Shown: positions 41,077 to 51,981, counted from the stretch's first letter. The stretch: DNA of 64,000 nt from Candidatus Delongbacteria bacterium (GCA_016937995.1 JAFGVM010000037.1:1-64000); one strand, 5' to 3'. Made by a program: numbers and translations. The notes: a model not told the origin generated them from the letters alone.

Positions 41077-41781
41077 ATGAATATCAAAGCATTAGTGATA
41101 GATGATGATAAAGAACTTCAAAATTTACTGCACCAGTATTTTTTAACATATGCAATTGATACATTTGAACATCTCAACGGTTTGAATGTACCTGAAAAGA
41201 TCGAGGATCTAAAACCGGATATCGTAATACTGGATTATATGCTTCCTGGGAAAGAAGGATTCGAGGTCCTGAAAGAAATAAGGAATACCGGTAATAATAT
41301 ACCTGTTATTATGCTTACTGCCCGTGGGGATGAAATGGATAAAATATTAGGACTTGAACTCGGAGCTGATGATTATATTTCTAAACCTTTCAACCCCAGA
41401 GAGATCGTAGCAAGGATCAAAGCTGTTCTAAGAAGAAATAATACTACTGAGGCCAAAGACAGTGCTTCAGATGACATAATAGTTGACGGTATCAGTCTGG
41501 AACAGTCAACTTACCGTTTGATCAAAAATGATAAACATGAGGAACTGTCACTTACAGAATTTAAAATCCTTAAAGTTTTAATGACAAGACCGGGAATGAT
41601 ATTTTCCAGAGATGAACTTATGAATTACGCAAGAGGAAGGGATGCTGCAGCTTTTGACAGAAGTATTGATATGCATATAAGTAAGCTTAGAAATAAACTT
41701 GTTTCTATCGGAGACGATAAGGACAGGATCAAGACCAGCTGGGGATCAGGCTATATGTTCAAAAAGAAGGTAACCCAATGA
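41077..41781 (+). CDS. OmpR/CpxR-family response regulator
   Basis: VIDDD, ILDYMLPG, LTARGDEMDKILGLELGADDYISKPF, FDRSIDMHISKLR. Confidence 0.93.
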   Translation: MNIKALVIDDDKELQNLLHQYFLTYAIDTFEHLNGLNVPEKIEDLKPDIVILDYMLPGKEGFEVLKEIRNTGNNIPVIMLTARGDEMDKILGLELGADDYISKPFNPREIVARIKAVLRRNNTTEAKDSASDDIIVDGISLEQSTYRLIKNDKHEELSLTEFKILKVLMTRPGMIFSRDELMNYARGRDAAAFDRSIDMHISKLRNKLVSIGDDKDRIKTSWGSGYMFKKKVTQ

Positions 41782-43133
41782 AACCAAAAAAGATCACGAT
41801 CAAATTGATTATTGCATTCTTTTTCTTAATGCTGTTCACACATTTATCAATCTTTCTTATAATGCGTACCTCGAAGATCGAACAGGCAAAAAAAGATCAT
41901 GAATATTATAAACAGATAAGTTTATTTGCATTTAAAGAACTTATCGAGACACGATTTAAGCCTTATGATCTGAATGAAATAAATGACAATAAATATTATA
42001 AGGATATTCTGAATGATGTATCGTTGATACACAACCTGAATGTTGTTATTACAGATGATAAAAATAATATCCTTCTGTTTCCTGATTGTGAAAAATCTTT
42101 AGAAAAATTCAACAGGCTCCTGAAAGAACAAAAAGACGATATAGAAAAACTCCGCGATCCGTTCCCGATAAAGATACCATTTACCACTAGTAAGAATGAG
42201 AATGGATATATTTACCTTTTCCACGAATATGACACCTCATCCTCAGATACATTGTTTAACTTACTTCTGAGTGGACTCTTTGTGTTAAATCTGATACTTC
42301 TGATATTTATTTCAAGAAGATTAACAAGACCTCTTGATAAGTTCGATAAAGCTATCAAAGCTATCTCGGAAGGAGACTTTTCTTCGAGGATCGAGATCAA
42401 CGGTCATGATGAATTCAAACAGCTTGCAGATACTATAAATACACTCGCCTGCAGGATAAAACAAACCATTGTAGACCAGAAAGAAACTTCCGCAAATATT
42501 TCCCATGAATTAAGATCACCTTTGACCCGAATAAGAGTTGCTCTTCAAATATTAAAAGATACAACATCTGAAAAATGCAGTGAGAATTTACACTATTTCG
42601 AATCTATTGACAAAGAAATAGAAAGTATGGACCTTCTTATTGACGGAATCATGAAATACTACAGGATAGATAATGACAGTTCTCAGGCACTTGAGAATAT
42701 TGATATAATTGATATGCTGAAAAATGAACTCAACAAACAATCAAATCATTTCGATCTTCTAAATATTAACTCAGTGAACAAAATTGATATTGAAAGCTTC
42801 AAAGTAAAAATTTTGCCTTCTATCAGATCCGCTTTTGAGAATATCATTTCCAATGCATCAAAATATACGACCAAAGATGGAAATTTCACTGTAACAGCCA
42901 TAAAAGAGAATAATGTGCTTAAAATTACTTTTGAGAACTCAATAGAAAAAGCATCTGATATAGATTTAGAAAAGATCTATCAACCATTTTATAGAGGAAA
43001 TAATAAGGACGATGTAAAAGGCAGTGGAATGGGTTTAACTATCGCTAAGAAGATAGCAGCCTCTAATAATTGTGATCTGTCGGTGGATGTTAGCGGAAAT
43101 GTATTCAGTGTTTTACTGGTGGTAAAGAGTTAG
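41778..43133 (+). CDS. HAMP-containing sensor histidine kinase (CpxA-like)
   Basis: 2 TM, HAMP, ANISHELRSPLTRIR, ENIISNASKY, QPFYRG, GSGMGL. Confidence 0.92.
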   Translation: MKPKKITIKLIIAFFFLMLFTHLSIFLIMRTSKIEQAKKDHEYYKQISLFAFKELIETRFKPYDLNEINDNKYYKDILNDVSLIHNLNVVITDDKNNILLFPDCEKSLEKFNRLLKEQKDDIEKLRDPFPIKIPFTTSKNENGYIYLFHEYDTSSSDTLFNLLLSGLFVLNLILLIFISRRLTRPLDKFDKAIKAISEGDFSSRIEINGHDEFKQLADTINTLACRIKQTIVDQKETSANISHELRSPLTRIRVALQILKDTTSEKCSENLHYFESIDKEIESMDLLIDGIMKYYRIDNDSSQALENIDIIDMLKNELNKQSNHFDLLNINSVNKIDIESFKVKILPSIRSAFENIISNASKYTTKDGNFTVTAIKENNVLKITFENSIEKASDIDLEKIYQPFYRGNNKDDVKGSGMGLTIAKKIAASNNCDLSVDVSGNVFSVLLVVKS

Positions 43134-43213
43134 AAAATCTATTTTGTGATCTTAATTAATCTTGCATTTACGGAATCTTAGGGGACGAAAATAAATCGTC
43201 CCCTGATTATGTT

Positions 43214-46200
43214 TTAGATATCTGATGATATATCTTCTTTTATCGCTTCTTCGAAGGTGATATGCGACTTGAAACGCGTAAACCCTATCCTGCCGAAGAA
43301 CGAATCAACCAGTGAATAAATAACCGGTATGACAACAAGTGTCAGAACAGTGGCAAAAGCCAGACCGAAAACAATACTTACAGCCATAGGTTTCCAATCC
43401 TTTGTAGCACTCGAAGTTGATAATATCATGGGCATTAAACCAAAGATAGTAGTAACAGTGGTCAATATAATAGGTCTTAATCTTGTCATACCTGCTTCTA
43501 TCAGTGAATTCCACCTGTCCTTACCTTCATCTCTGAGAACATTTACAAAATCAACAAGGATCAAAGAATCATTTACGACAATTCCTGCCAAAGCCAGTAC
43601 TGCTATCAAAGAATTCAAAGAGAAAGGTAATCGTGTAACCAGCAATCCTACAATAACACCGATAAAAGAAAATGGTATCGTAAGCATTACGATCAAAGGC
43701 TGAACATAGGATCTGAACTGAGCAGCTAACACTGAGAATATCAGTAGTACAGCGATCAGGAATGCAATATATAAAGATGAGAAAGATTTTCTCTGCTCCT
43801 CAGCTACACCTCCAGCTTCAACAGCATAACCCGGATAATCACTCATGATATCCTCAAGAAATCCTTTTTTCATAGTAAGTTCATTGCCAAATATATATTC
43901 ATTGACCTCGTTAGGCGATCTTTTTAGTCTCTTACCATCCTGTTCATAAAAAGATACCTCAGCCGATAAAGTGATCGTTCTTTTTTTATTCCAGTGAGAA
44001 ATACCGTTTATTCCCGGTTCAACCTTAAATTCAACAATATCTTTTAAAGGCACAGAGTAACCCCGTGGAGATGCAATTCTCAAGTTCCTGATATCATCTA
44101 TTTCATCTGCCTGATCGGATTTGATCCGAAGTCTGATATCTGTCTCCTGATTCCCTTCAACATACTCCGCGATCTCTGTACCTGTTATACAGGATCTTAT
44201 GAATGAAGCTACATCCATAGCTGTTAAACCGTGAAAAGCCATTTTATCTGGTACCGGGTAAATTTTAAATTCCTCTTTCCCTGCATTATAATTATCTGAG
44301 ATCGCAGTTACTCCCGGCATTTCCTGCAGCTTACTGTTTATATCGTTAGATAATCTTTTCAGAATTACAAAATCATCTCCCTTTATTCTCAACTCCACAT
44401 CCTTCCCAGTAGGAGGTCCAGCCTGCACATTACCGAATTCATAGAATATTACATCCGGTTCATTATCCAGAAAAGTTCTAAGGCTGGCCTTGATCTCCTC
44501 GTTTGAAAATTTCATATCTTCAGGGTCTTCCAGATCTATCCTGAGTTCTGAGAAACTTGTCTTTTGATCTATCCTGTGATTCTTCATCATCTGACCGACC
44601 GTAGTTACTACAGACTGAATATCTTCACTTTCTCTCATCGAACTTATAAAACCCTCTATCTTGTCGGTCATTTCCGCAGTTTTATCCAGCTGAGTTCCGT
44701 TAGGTAATTCAACCCTCAGGACAATGGTCTGCTGATCTTGCGGAGGAAAAAACTGGAACTTTATCAGATCCGAAAATAATACTCCTATCGATAAAAAGAA
44801 TGCAAAAATTACCAGCATTGCTGTTTTAATTCTATTTTTCAATGCTTTCAATAAAAGCTTACGATAATATTTCTTCAAAAAATTAAGGAATTTACCGTCT
44901 TTATTACTGTTCTTAACCTTCTTGCTGTTAAATTCTGCAAGATGTGAAGGAAGGATCACGAGTGCTTCAAAAAGTGAAGCAAGCAAAGCAATACTGACAA
45001 CGATCGGAAAATATCTCATGAACTTACCCATCATTCCCTGCATCAGTATCATTGGTATAAAAGCGAAGGCTGTCGTTAACACAGCTGATATCACAGGCCA
45101 TGTTATCTTCTGAGTACCCAGGATCGCCGCTTCTCTCGCGCTGTAACCGTTCTCCCGGTATCTGTGAACATTCTCAATAACTACGATCGCATCATCGACT
45201 ATCATACCCAAAACAAGCAGTAGGCCGAAAAGTGTGAGATTATTCATGGTAATGTCAAAGTAATCCATCAGAATGAAGGCGAGAAGAAAACTGAAAGGAA
45301 TACCGAAAGCTGCAAGCAAAGCATTTCTCCATCCTATGAAGAACATCAAGGTAAGGAATACAAGCACAACTCCCATGATCGCATTATTAGTCAGCGTATT
45401 CAAGCTCCTTTTAACATTGATAGAACCATCATTACGAAGCTTTATATCAAGACCGTTTATCCGTTCTCTATATTCATCGATCTTGCTTTTAACTACCTTT
45501 ATAACATCTATTATATTTCCATCAGATTTTTTATAAACATACAGGAACACACCGGGTTTCCCGTTCAACCTTGAATAGACGATCTGTTCCTTCAGTGTAT
45601 CTTTTACCGCAGCAACATTTGACAATCTTATTATATTACCGTAGCTGTCAGTTTTAACAGGTGTTTTTTTTATATCTTCAATTGAGGTGTATTCTCCTGT
45701 TGAAGTCACAAGGAATTCAGCCTCTCCCTCTTTGATCCTTCCTCCAGGGAAACTTACATTTCGGCTTCTGACTATCCTTGAGATCTCATCAAGAGTTATA
45801 CCATACTGAGTTAATTTATTCACGTCACAGTCAATACTGATCTCTCTTTCTGATGCACCTGAAATATCCACTTTTGAGATATGATCTATCTCTAGAACCT
45901 CTTCCTGCAGGTTCTCTGCGATCTCTTTCAGGGTCAAAGGTGTGTAATTACCTGAAAGACTTATTGTACATATTGGATTGATCTCTCTCATGTTCAATTT
46001 AATTACTATAGGGTCCAGTGCATCTTCAGGCAGATCTCTTACTTTATCCAGCTCTGTGTTCACATCACTCCATGCCTGGTCAATATCTGCATCAGGTTCC
46101 ATGCGAATAACTATTACTGCCTTACCTTCTGTAGCTTCTGATTGAATAAAGTCTATATTCTGAACATCATATATTTCTTTCTCGATCTTATCAATTATAA

Positions 46201-46384
46201 GATTCTCGATCTGATCCGGAGTGACACCCGGATAAATTACAACTATAACGAACGAGCCGAAATCAACTGCGGGCATTTCCTCTTTCGGAATTGTATTTGC
46301 AACATATATACCTAAAATAAATACGATAACAACTATCATATTTACTAAAACTGAATTTTTAACTGAAAATGAAGCCAAAGACAT
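43214..46384 (-). CDS. RND efflux permease subunit (paralogue 2)
   Basis: IYPGVTPDQIE, GMIVDDAIVVIENVHR, RLRPIILTTVTT. Confidence 0.95.
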   Translation of the reverse strand: MSLASFSVKNSVLVNMIVVIVFILGIYVANTIPKEEMPAVDFGSFVIVVIYPGVTPDQIENLIIDKIEKEIYDVQNIDFIQSEATEGKAVIVIRMEPDADIDQAWSDVNTELDKVRDLPEDALDPIVIKLNMREINPICTISLSGNYTPLTLKEIAENLQEEVLEIDHISKVDISGASEREISIDCDVNKLTQYGITLDEISRIVRSRNVSFPGGRIKEGEAEFLVTSTGEYTSIEDIKKTPVKTDSYGNIIRLSNVAAVKDTLKEQIVYSRLNGKPGVFLYVYKKSDGNIIDVIKVVKSKIDEYRERINGLDIKLRNDGSINVKRSLNTLTNNAIMGVVLVFLTLMFFIGWRNALLAAFGIPFSFLLAFILMDYFDITMNNLTLFGLLLVLGMIVDDAIVVIENVHRYRENGYSAREAAILGTQKITWPVISAVLTTAFAFIPMILMQGMMGKFMRYFPIVVSIALLASLFEALVILPSHLAEFNSKKVKNSNKDGKFLNFLKKYYRKLLLKALKNRIKTAMLVIFAFFLSIGVLFSDLIKFQFFPPQDQQTIVLRVELPNGTQLDKTAEMTDKIEGFISSMRESEDIQSVVTTVGQMMKNHRIDQKTSFSELRIDLEDPEDMKFSNEEIKASLRTFLDNEPDVIFYEFGNVQAGPPTGKDVELRIKGDDFVILKRLSNDINSKLQEMPGVTAISDNYNAGKEEFKIYPVPDKMAFHGLTAMDVASFIRSCITGTEIAEYVEGNQETDIRLRIKSDQADEIDDIRNLRIASPRGYSVPLKDIVEFKVEPGINGISHWNKKRTITLSAEVSFYEQDGKRLKRSPNEVNEYIFGNELTMKKGFLEDIMSDYPGYAVEAGGVAEEQRKSFSSLYIAFLIAVLLIFSVLAAQFRSYVQPLIVMLTIPFSFIGVIVGLLVTRLPFSLNSLIAVLALAGIVVNDSLILVDFVNVLRDEGKDRWNSLIEAGMTRLRPIILTTVTTIFGLMPMILSTSSATKDWKPMAVSIVFGLAFATVLTLVVIPVIYSLVDSFFGRIGFTRFKSHITFEEAIKEDISSDI

Positions 46385-46399
46385 TTATTTTCTCTCTTT

Positions 46400-47470
46400 T
46401 TACTTAATCTTTACCTGTATACCATCCTTTAACCTGTCTAAACCGCTCGTGATAAGTATATCACCCTTTTTTAATCCGGCTGTAACTATATAATTCGCTT
46501 TCTGCTTTTTTCCGAGTTTAACTACTGTTCTTTTTGCTTTTGAATCTACAACTATATAAACAATATGCTCATCAAGCTCTTTGATAAGGTCATCTGTGGA
46601 GATTATTACAGCATCGTTTATTTGGCAGCACAAGATCTTACATTCAATTACCATACCTGGAAATATTTTGGAATCAGGATTATCAAATATTATTTCGACA
46701 GGATAATTTGAGGAATTGGCCAAAGGTTTCATTCCAATACCCAGGACTGATCCTTTTAAAGGCTCAGATAAGCTGTTATGATAAATACTTGCTTCCTGTC
46801 CTTTGAAAAGTTTTGTTATATCTGTTTCACTGACACCTGTCTTGATCTTCAGTTTTTTTGTATTCACGATATTACAGATAGGCTTACCTGCAAACAAATT
46901 CTCCCCCACTTTCAGGTAAATATTGGTGATCGTACCTGAAACTGGAGATAGCATTCTTGTATTATCGTAAGCTTTCTGAGCCTGTTCAAGAGATGCTTTT
47001 GCACCTTCAAGGTTTGACTGAGCACCTTTAAGTCCGGACTTGCTTCTCAGATACTCTATCTCTGATATATGTTTTTCATTATATAATTTCTCTGAAGATC
47101 TATTTTCAACTACAGCTGCATCATAACTTGACTCAGCACCAAGAACACCAGCTTTGGCCTGTTTTAATCTGATCGCGTAATCTTTATTATCTATTACTCC
47201 GATCTCCTCACCTTTTTCGACCCATTCACCGATATTTTTATTCACTTTGATAACTTTACCGGCTACCTCGGAAGTGACCTCCACATCAGTTATACCCTCA
47301 GGTCTTGCAGTAATATCAATATATTCTCTAAATATCTCTTGATCGATCGTTTTGACAGCAACAGTAACAGGATTATTCTCTTCAATATTAGAAATTTTAT
47401 CCTCTTTCTTTGTGCATGACGATACTGCTAATATTACTAGAATTAAACATAAACTGACAATATTCCTCAT
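46400..47470 (-). CDS. RND periplasmic adaptor (MFP) lipoprotein
   Basis: Lipobox VSSC, SEVAGKV..GEWVEKGE, LSPVSG, AGLKKGD. Confidence 0.92.
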   Translation of the reverse strand: MRNIVSLCLILVILAVSSCTKKEDKISNIEENNPVTVAVKTIDQEIFREYIDITARPEGITDVEVTSEVAGKVIKVNKNIGEWVEKGEEIGVIDNKDYAIRLKQAKAGVLGAESSYDAAVVENRSSEKLYNEKHISEIEYLRSKSGLKGAQSNLEGAKASLEQAQKAYDNTRMLSPVSGTITNIYLKVGENLFAGKPICNIVNTKKLKIKTGVSETDITKLFKGQEASIYHNSLSEPLKGSVLGIGMKPLANSSNYPVEIIFDNPDSKIFPGMVIECKILCCQINDAVIISTDDLIKELDEHIVYIVVDSKAKRTVVKLGKKQKANYIVTAGLKKGDILITSGLDRLKDGIQVKIK

Positions 47471-47802
47471 AAATTCCCTCTCGCATGTGCGTTCTTCTAA
47501 ATTAATGTTTAGTCAAATATAAGGCATAAATATACACGTGGGTATTATAAAAAACATATTTTTAAATTTTTTGTTTGTTACCTAAGGGGCGAACCCTTGT
47601 GGTCGCCCTTTATAATTAAAATAAAAAATTTAAAAAGGCATGTACAGGACAAGCCCCAACGGTAACATTTTAAAAATATGAAAATAAATTTCAAAAATAA
47701 TAGCAAAAGGTCACTATTTGACCGGGTGAGTTCATTATATTACCATTGAGCGAGTTAACTAAGCATAAATTAAAACCTAAAATAAAAAAAAGGAGAACCA
47801 TC

Positions 47803-48234
47803 ATGGAAAACTCAAACACACAGAACGCGATCTTCACCACTAACTTCAAAGCTGGACAGAGAATGTTCTATCTTGACATGCGTGAAGCAAAGAACAACAG
47901 TAAGTATCTGAAGATCACTGAAAGAAAATTTACAGAAGATGGTGATTTTGAAAATCACGGCATCATGATCTTTGAACAGGATTTTGAAAAACTCAGCAAA
48001 GCGATCAGTGAAGCAATGTCAAAAGTTGATTTCAAAGAAGTTGCAAAAAAAGAAAGTAAAAAGACCGGCAGTGAATTTCCTAACCAGGGTCTTAAATGGT
48101 CAGAAGAGGATGAAGTAAAGCTTGAAAAACTTTTCAAAAAAGGTAATTCAATAGAAGCCATGATGAAGGTCTTCGGAAGAAGTGAAAAAGGCATTACTTC
48201 TCGTCTCGAAAAACTCGAACTCATAGAAGCATAG
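47803..48234 (+). CDS. PUR-like (DUF3276) nucleic-acid-binding protein with a C-terminal helical domain
   Basis: AGQRMFYLDMREAKNNSKYLKITE..IMIFEQDF plus PNQGLKWSEEDEVKL..FGRSEKGITSRL; AGGAG RBS. Confidence 0.7.
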   Translation: MENSNTQNAIFTTNFKAGQRMFYLDMREAKNNSKYLKITERKFTEDGDFENHGIMIFEQDFEKLSKAISEAMSKVDFKEVAKKESKKTGSEFPNQGLKWSEEDEVKLEKLFKKGNSIEAMMKVFGRSEKGITSRLEKLELIEA

Positions 48235-48297
48235 GATAGATACCTATGGATTCCCGGGTCAAGCCCGAGAATGACATATTATATTCAGCTTATATGA

Positions 48298-48326
48298 AAA
48301 AAAAAACGGGCTAATGCCCGTTTTTT
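48298..48326. terminator. Bidirectional terminator
   Basis: A-run CGGGC-TAAT-GCCCG T-run. Confidence 0.75.
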
Positions 48327-48414
48327 ATTTCTTCTTGTGTCTGTTCTTTCTCAATCTCTTCTTTCTCTTGTGAGTGTTGATCTTATGTCTCTTTCTTTTC
48401 TTACCACTTGGCAT
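48325..48414 (-). CDS. Small basic ribosomal protein bS22/mS38-like (AURKAIP1/COX24 domain), 29 aa
   Basis: MPSGKKRKRHKINTHKRKKRLRKNRHKKK with GGAGG RBS, directly after the HU gene. Confidence 0.85.
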   Translation of the reverse strand: MPSGKKRKRHKINTHKRKKRLRKNRHKKK

Positions 48415-48431
48415 GATCGCCTCCGATTATG

Positions 48432-48743
48432 TTATTTTTTTGAATTTTTATTTACAGAATCTTTCAAACTTTTCACCGGTCTGAATACGGGTACGTTCTT
48501 CTCAGGAATTTCAAGTTTCTCTCTGCCTTTTGGTTTATAAGCAATTCTTGCAGCTCTTTGGACTACTTTGAATGTTCCGAAACCTCTCAGCTCTACAATA
48601 TTATCATCTTTAAGGCTGTCCTTCAAAACTTCCAGCATGTTGTTTATAACACTGCCTGTTTCTTTGTAAGAAAGCCCCGTTATCTCGTGAACTTTTTTGA
48701 TGATGTCAAACTTCGTCACTTTGTTTTCGTTATTTTTTCCCAC
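48432..48743 (-). CDS. HU/IHF family DNA-binding protein
   Basis: VTKFDII, VELRGFGTF, RAARIAYKP, PVFRPVKSLKD. Confidence 0.92.
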   Translation of the reverse strand: MGKNNENKVTKFDIIKKVHEITGLSYKETGSVINNMLEVLKDSLKDDNIVELRGFGTFKVVQRAARIAYKPKGREKLEIPEKNVPVFRPVKSLKDSVNKNSKK

Positions 48744-48823
48744 TTCGTTTTCTCCTATGGTTTAATTATTTATGCTTAATTTAATTATTTTCACTTCTAA
48801 CTTTTCACTTCTAACTTTTAACT

Positions 48824-50371
48824 TTAAAGGTATATAACCAGATTCTGCCCCGGTTTAATAATATTTCTGTTGTCTATCTTGTTCCATGCCTTTAATTTAT
48901 TATGATTAACTTTAAATTTTCTTGAAATACCCCAAACACTATCACCGCTTTTTACTCTGTAATTAACTTTTTTGCGACCATTAAGATAATATTTCTCATC
49001 ATCGTAGTATGATAAATATTTATTGTTAAAGTCCGTGAACCACTTTTCACTCGTAGGAGGTTTTATAACTTTAATTATATCACCGGCAGAAATGTCCCTG
49101 CTGTTGTTCAGATCTTTGATCCCCTGTTTTTTCACATTGAGATCATTTGCGATCTTATCATAAGTATCATCTTCCTTTACAGTATAAACATCAACCGAAT
49201 AAATATCACTTTTTTCCAACTTGTTGAATTTTTCTCTGAACCCCATTTTTGACATAACAGGTATTACTACCGGGTAATTCTTTGCATAAGGAGGTAAACA
49301 CCATTGTCTGAGCTGAGGGTTGTTCTTCTTGATCTCTTCGTAAGTAATATTTGCAAGATCGGCTATTATCTTTAAATTTACACAGCTGTCTAATTGTACA
49401 GTGTCATATAATGCTTTTTCTGACTTGTATTTAAATCCGTATTTTTCAGGTTCTTTTCCGATCTTGATCAAAGCTCTAAGTTTTGGAACGTACTCCCTGG
49501 TTTGTTTAGGAAGAGTTGTCAATTGCCAGAAATTGTTTGTCTTATGTTTTTTTACTCTTTTACTAACACCACCTTCACCACAGTTATAGGCTGCCAGTAC
49601 AAGATTCCAGTCTTCAAATCTTTTGTAGAGAACTTTGTAAAATTTTGCGGCTGCAATAGTGGATTTTATGACATCTTTCCTTTCATCTTCCCACCAGTTA
49701 ATGTTCAGACCAAAATTCTTTGCCGTAGATGGGATGAACTGCCATAATCCTGCAGCTTTAGCGTAAGAATGTGAGAATGGAACATATCCTGATTCCGCCA
49801 TCGGAACATATGCTAATTCTTCAGGAAGTCCAAAAGCTGTAAATACTTTCTTCACATCATCAACATATCTTGCTGCTCTGTGTAAATAAGTTTGAGCTGT
49901 TTTTCTTCTCTTTCCATTATAAATTTCAAGAAAATATTTTACGAGATTAAGTTCTTTGTCAGGAAAAGGTGCATATTCGATTTTTTCATCGCTAACAAGA
50001 TCAAGATCGATCTTGTCCAGATGAAATACCTTTTCCTCATTTGAATCATAGTCAATGTTCTCGACTATACATTTAAGGTTGTTGTAGTGGTCAAATATTT
50101 CTGTTTTTATGGAATTAAATTCTTGGGATGTTTCGGTATGTGCAGCTTCAACTGAATCGATGTATGCTATAATAGAATCATAAAAATATAATGAACCTTC
50201 AAAATTATTCTCTCTGACCAGCTTGTTTGCATGAACGCTCAATGATTCAAGATAGGCGATATCTTTCTCGAAAACATTGTCGCAAAACAGAGAAGCCTCT
50301 GACATAAGTATTGTCAGGATCAAAGTATTTATTACATTTTTATTCATTCTGCTATAGTGCCTCCCTGGCAT
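48824..50371 (-). CDS. mltD: MltD-type lytic transglycosylase with LysM domains
   Basis: LPEELAYVPMAESG, AAGLWQFIPSTA, LAAYNCGEG, LysM YRVKSGDSVWGIS. Confidence 0.88.
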   Translation of the reverse strand: MPGRHYSRMNKNVINTLILTILMSEASLFCDNVFEKDIAYLESLSVHANKLVRENNFEGSLYFYDSIIAYIDSVEAAHTETSQEFNSIKTEIFDHYNNLKCIVENIDYDSNEEKVFHLDKIDLDLVSDEKIEYAPFPDKELNLVKYFLEIYNGKRRKTAQTYLHRAARYVDDVKKVFTAFGLPEELAYVPMAESGYVPFSHSYAKAAGLWQFIPSTAKNFGLNINWWEDERKDVIKSTIAAAKFYKVLYKRFEDWNLVLAAYNCGEGGVSKRVKKHKTNNFWQLTTLPKQTREYVPKLRALIKIGKEPEKYGFKYKSEKALYDTVQLDSCVNLKIIADLANITYEEIKKNNPQLRQWCLPPYAKNYPVVIPVMSKMGFREKFNKLEKSDIYSVDVYTVKEDDTYDKIANDLNVKKQGIKDLNNSRDISAGDIIKVIKPPTSEKWFTDFNNKYLSYYDDEKYYLNGRKKVNYRVKSGDSVWGISRKFKVNHNKLKAWNKIDNRNIIKPGQNLVIYL

Positions 50372-50468
50372 CGCAGTATTATTAAACTGTGTATCTATTT
50401 TACAAGATCGAATAACTTTTCTTTATCATTCCTGGATCTCAATAATTAAAAATCTCAAGAATGCTGTT

Positions 50469-51842
50469 CTACAAACTGTCTTCTATTTCTTTCAGTTTTA
50501 ACTGAATGAGCTGCATTATCTCATCAAGTCTTTCCTGTGTCTGGGCTTCATATCTCTGTACTAAAGCAGGTTGTGTATTTGATGCTCTAAGAAGTCCGAA
50601 ACCATCATCAAAGATAACCCTTACTCCATCAACATCATTTACTTTATATCCTGCATTCTTAAAATATTCTACCGCTTTTTTAACTATCTCAAATTTCTTA
50701 TTGTCATCACTATCTAATCTTATTTCAGGAGTCATAATAGTTTTAGGAACATCTTTCAATAATTCAGAGATCGAACTTCCGGTAGTTGACATAATTTCAA
50801 GCAACCTTAAAGAAGCATAAAGTGCATCATCATGTCCAAAAAATCTGTCTTTGAAGAAAATGTGCCCACTTACCTCTCCACCTAATTCTGCATTTTCTTC
50901 TTTCATCTTAGCTTTGATCAGTGAATGACCTGCTTTCCACATAATTGCTCTTCCGCCAAGCTCTTCAATACCGTCATACATAGTCTGAGAACATTTAACT
51001 TCACCTATAATAGTTGCGCCGGGTTTTCTTGAAAGAATCTCTTTTGCAAAGATAAGCATAAGATGATCACCAAAAAGCATCTTACCTGTTTCACTTACGA
51101 TACCAATTCTGTCAGCATCACCGTCATAACCTATACCAAGATCAGCTTTTTCTTCCTCAACTTTAGCTATAAGATCGACCATATTCTTAGGAACAGTAGG
51201 ATCCGGATGATGATTCGGGAACGTTCCATCAGGCTTTGTATAAAGTTCAATAACTTCCATTCCGAAATGCCTGAATATCTCAGCTGCGACCTCTCCACCT
51301 GTACCATTCCCACCATCAACTACGACCTTTAGCTTTTTTTCGCCCATATTGATATTTTCTTTCATATAACCGAGATAATCTTCCTTAACTGAAATGGTAT
51401 CAAGTTTACCTTGTGCTCTGTCTGGTGGTTTTGCATAAAATTTATTTTCAAGAATGATATTTTTAAGAACTTGTATCTCTTGACCGAAAATAGAAGCAAA
51501 CTTTGTTGACATCTTCAGTCCATTCATATCTGAAGGATTGTGAGAACCTGTTATCATAACACTTGCATCAGCTTCAAGTTTATACTGAGCAAAATATAGC
51601 AATGGAGTTGTACATTGACCGATAGAAGTAATATTGATACCCAGTTCTATCATTGCTTTTGAAAAAGTACTAAACATATAATCAGCTGAAAGCCTTGCAT
51701 CAAAACCGATCACACAGTTATTAAGACCTTTTTCTGCCAGATATGTAGCTAATGCCCTACCGATATTAGTTACAATCTCAGGAGTAAAATCAGCCTCAAC
51801 TACTCCTCTAATGTCATATTCTCTAAATATATTTTCGTTCAC
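50469..51842 (-). CDS. Phosphomannomutase/phosphoglucomutase (AlgC-type)
   Basis: IFREYDIRG, ITGSHNP, DGDADR, GGEVSGH, LLRASNTQP. Confidence 0.95.
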   Translation of the reverse strand: MNENIFREYDIRGVVEADFTPEIVTNIGRALATYLAEKGLNNCVIGFDARLSADYMFSTFSKAMIELGINITSIGQCTTPLLYFAQYKLEADASVMITGSHNPSDMNGLKMSTKFASIFGQEIQVLKNIILENKFYAKPPDRAQGKLDTISVKEDYLGYMKENINMGEKKLKVVVDGGNGTGGEVAAEIFRHFGMEVIELYTKPDGTFPNHHPDPTVPKNMVDLIAKVEEEKADLGIGYDGDADRIGIVSETGKMLFGDHLMLIFAKEILSRKPGATIIGEVKCSQTMYDGIEELGGRAIMWKAGHSLIKAKMKEENAELGGEVSGHIFFKDRFFGHDDALYASLRLLEIMSTTGSSISELLKDVPKTIMTPEIRLDSDDNKKFEIVKKAVEYFKNAGYKVNDVDGVRVIFDDGFGLLRASNTQPALVQRYEAQTQERLDEIMQLIQLKLKEIEDSL

Positions 51843-51981
51843 AACTTATCTCCTTATGTTTTACACTCGCCTAAGATACGAAATGATTAACTGATACACA
51901 ACTGAAAAATACGTTTTTTATTAAAAGATTATATTCTCTCACAAAGGGCACTAAGACATGGAGAGTGTTTGTCAGATATGA

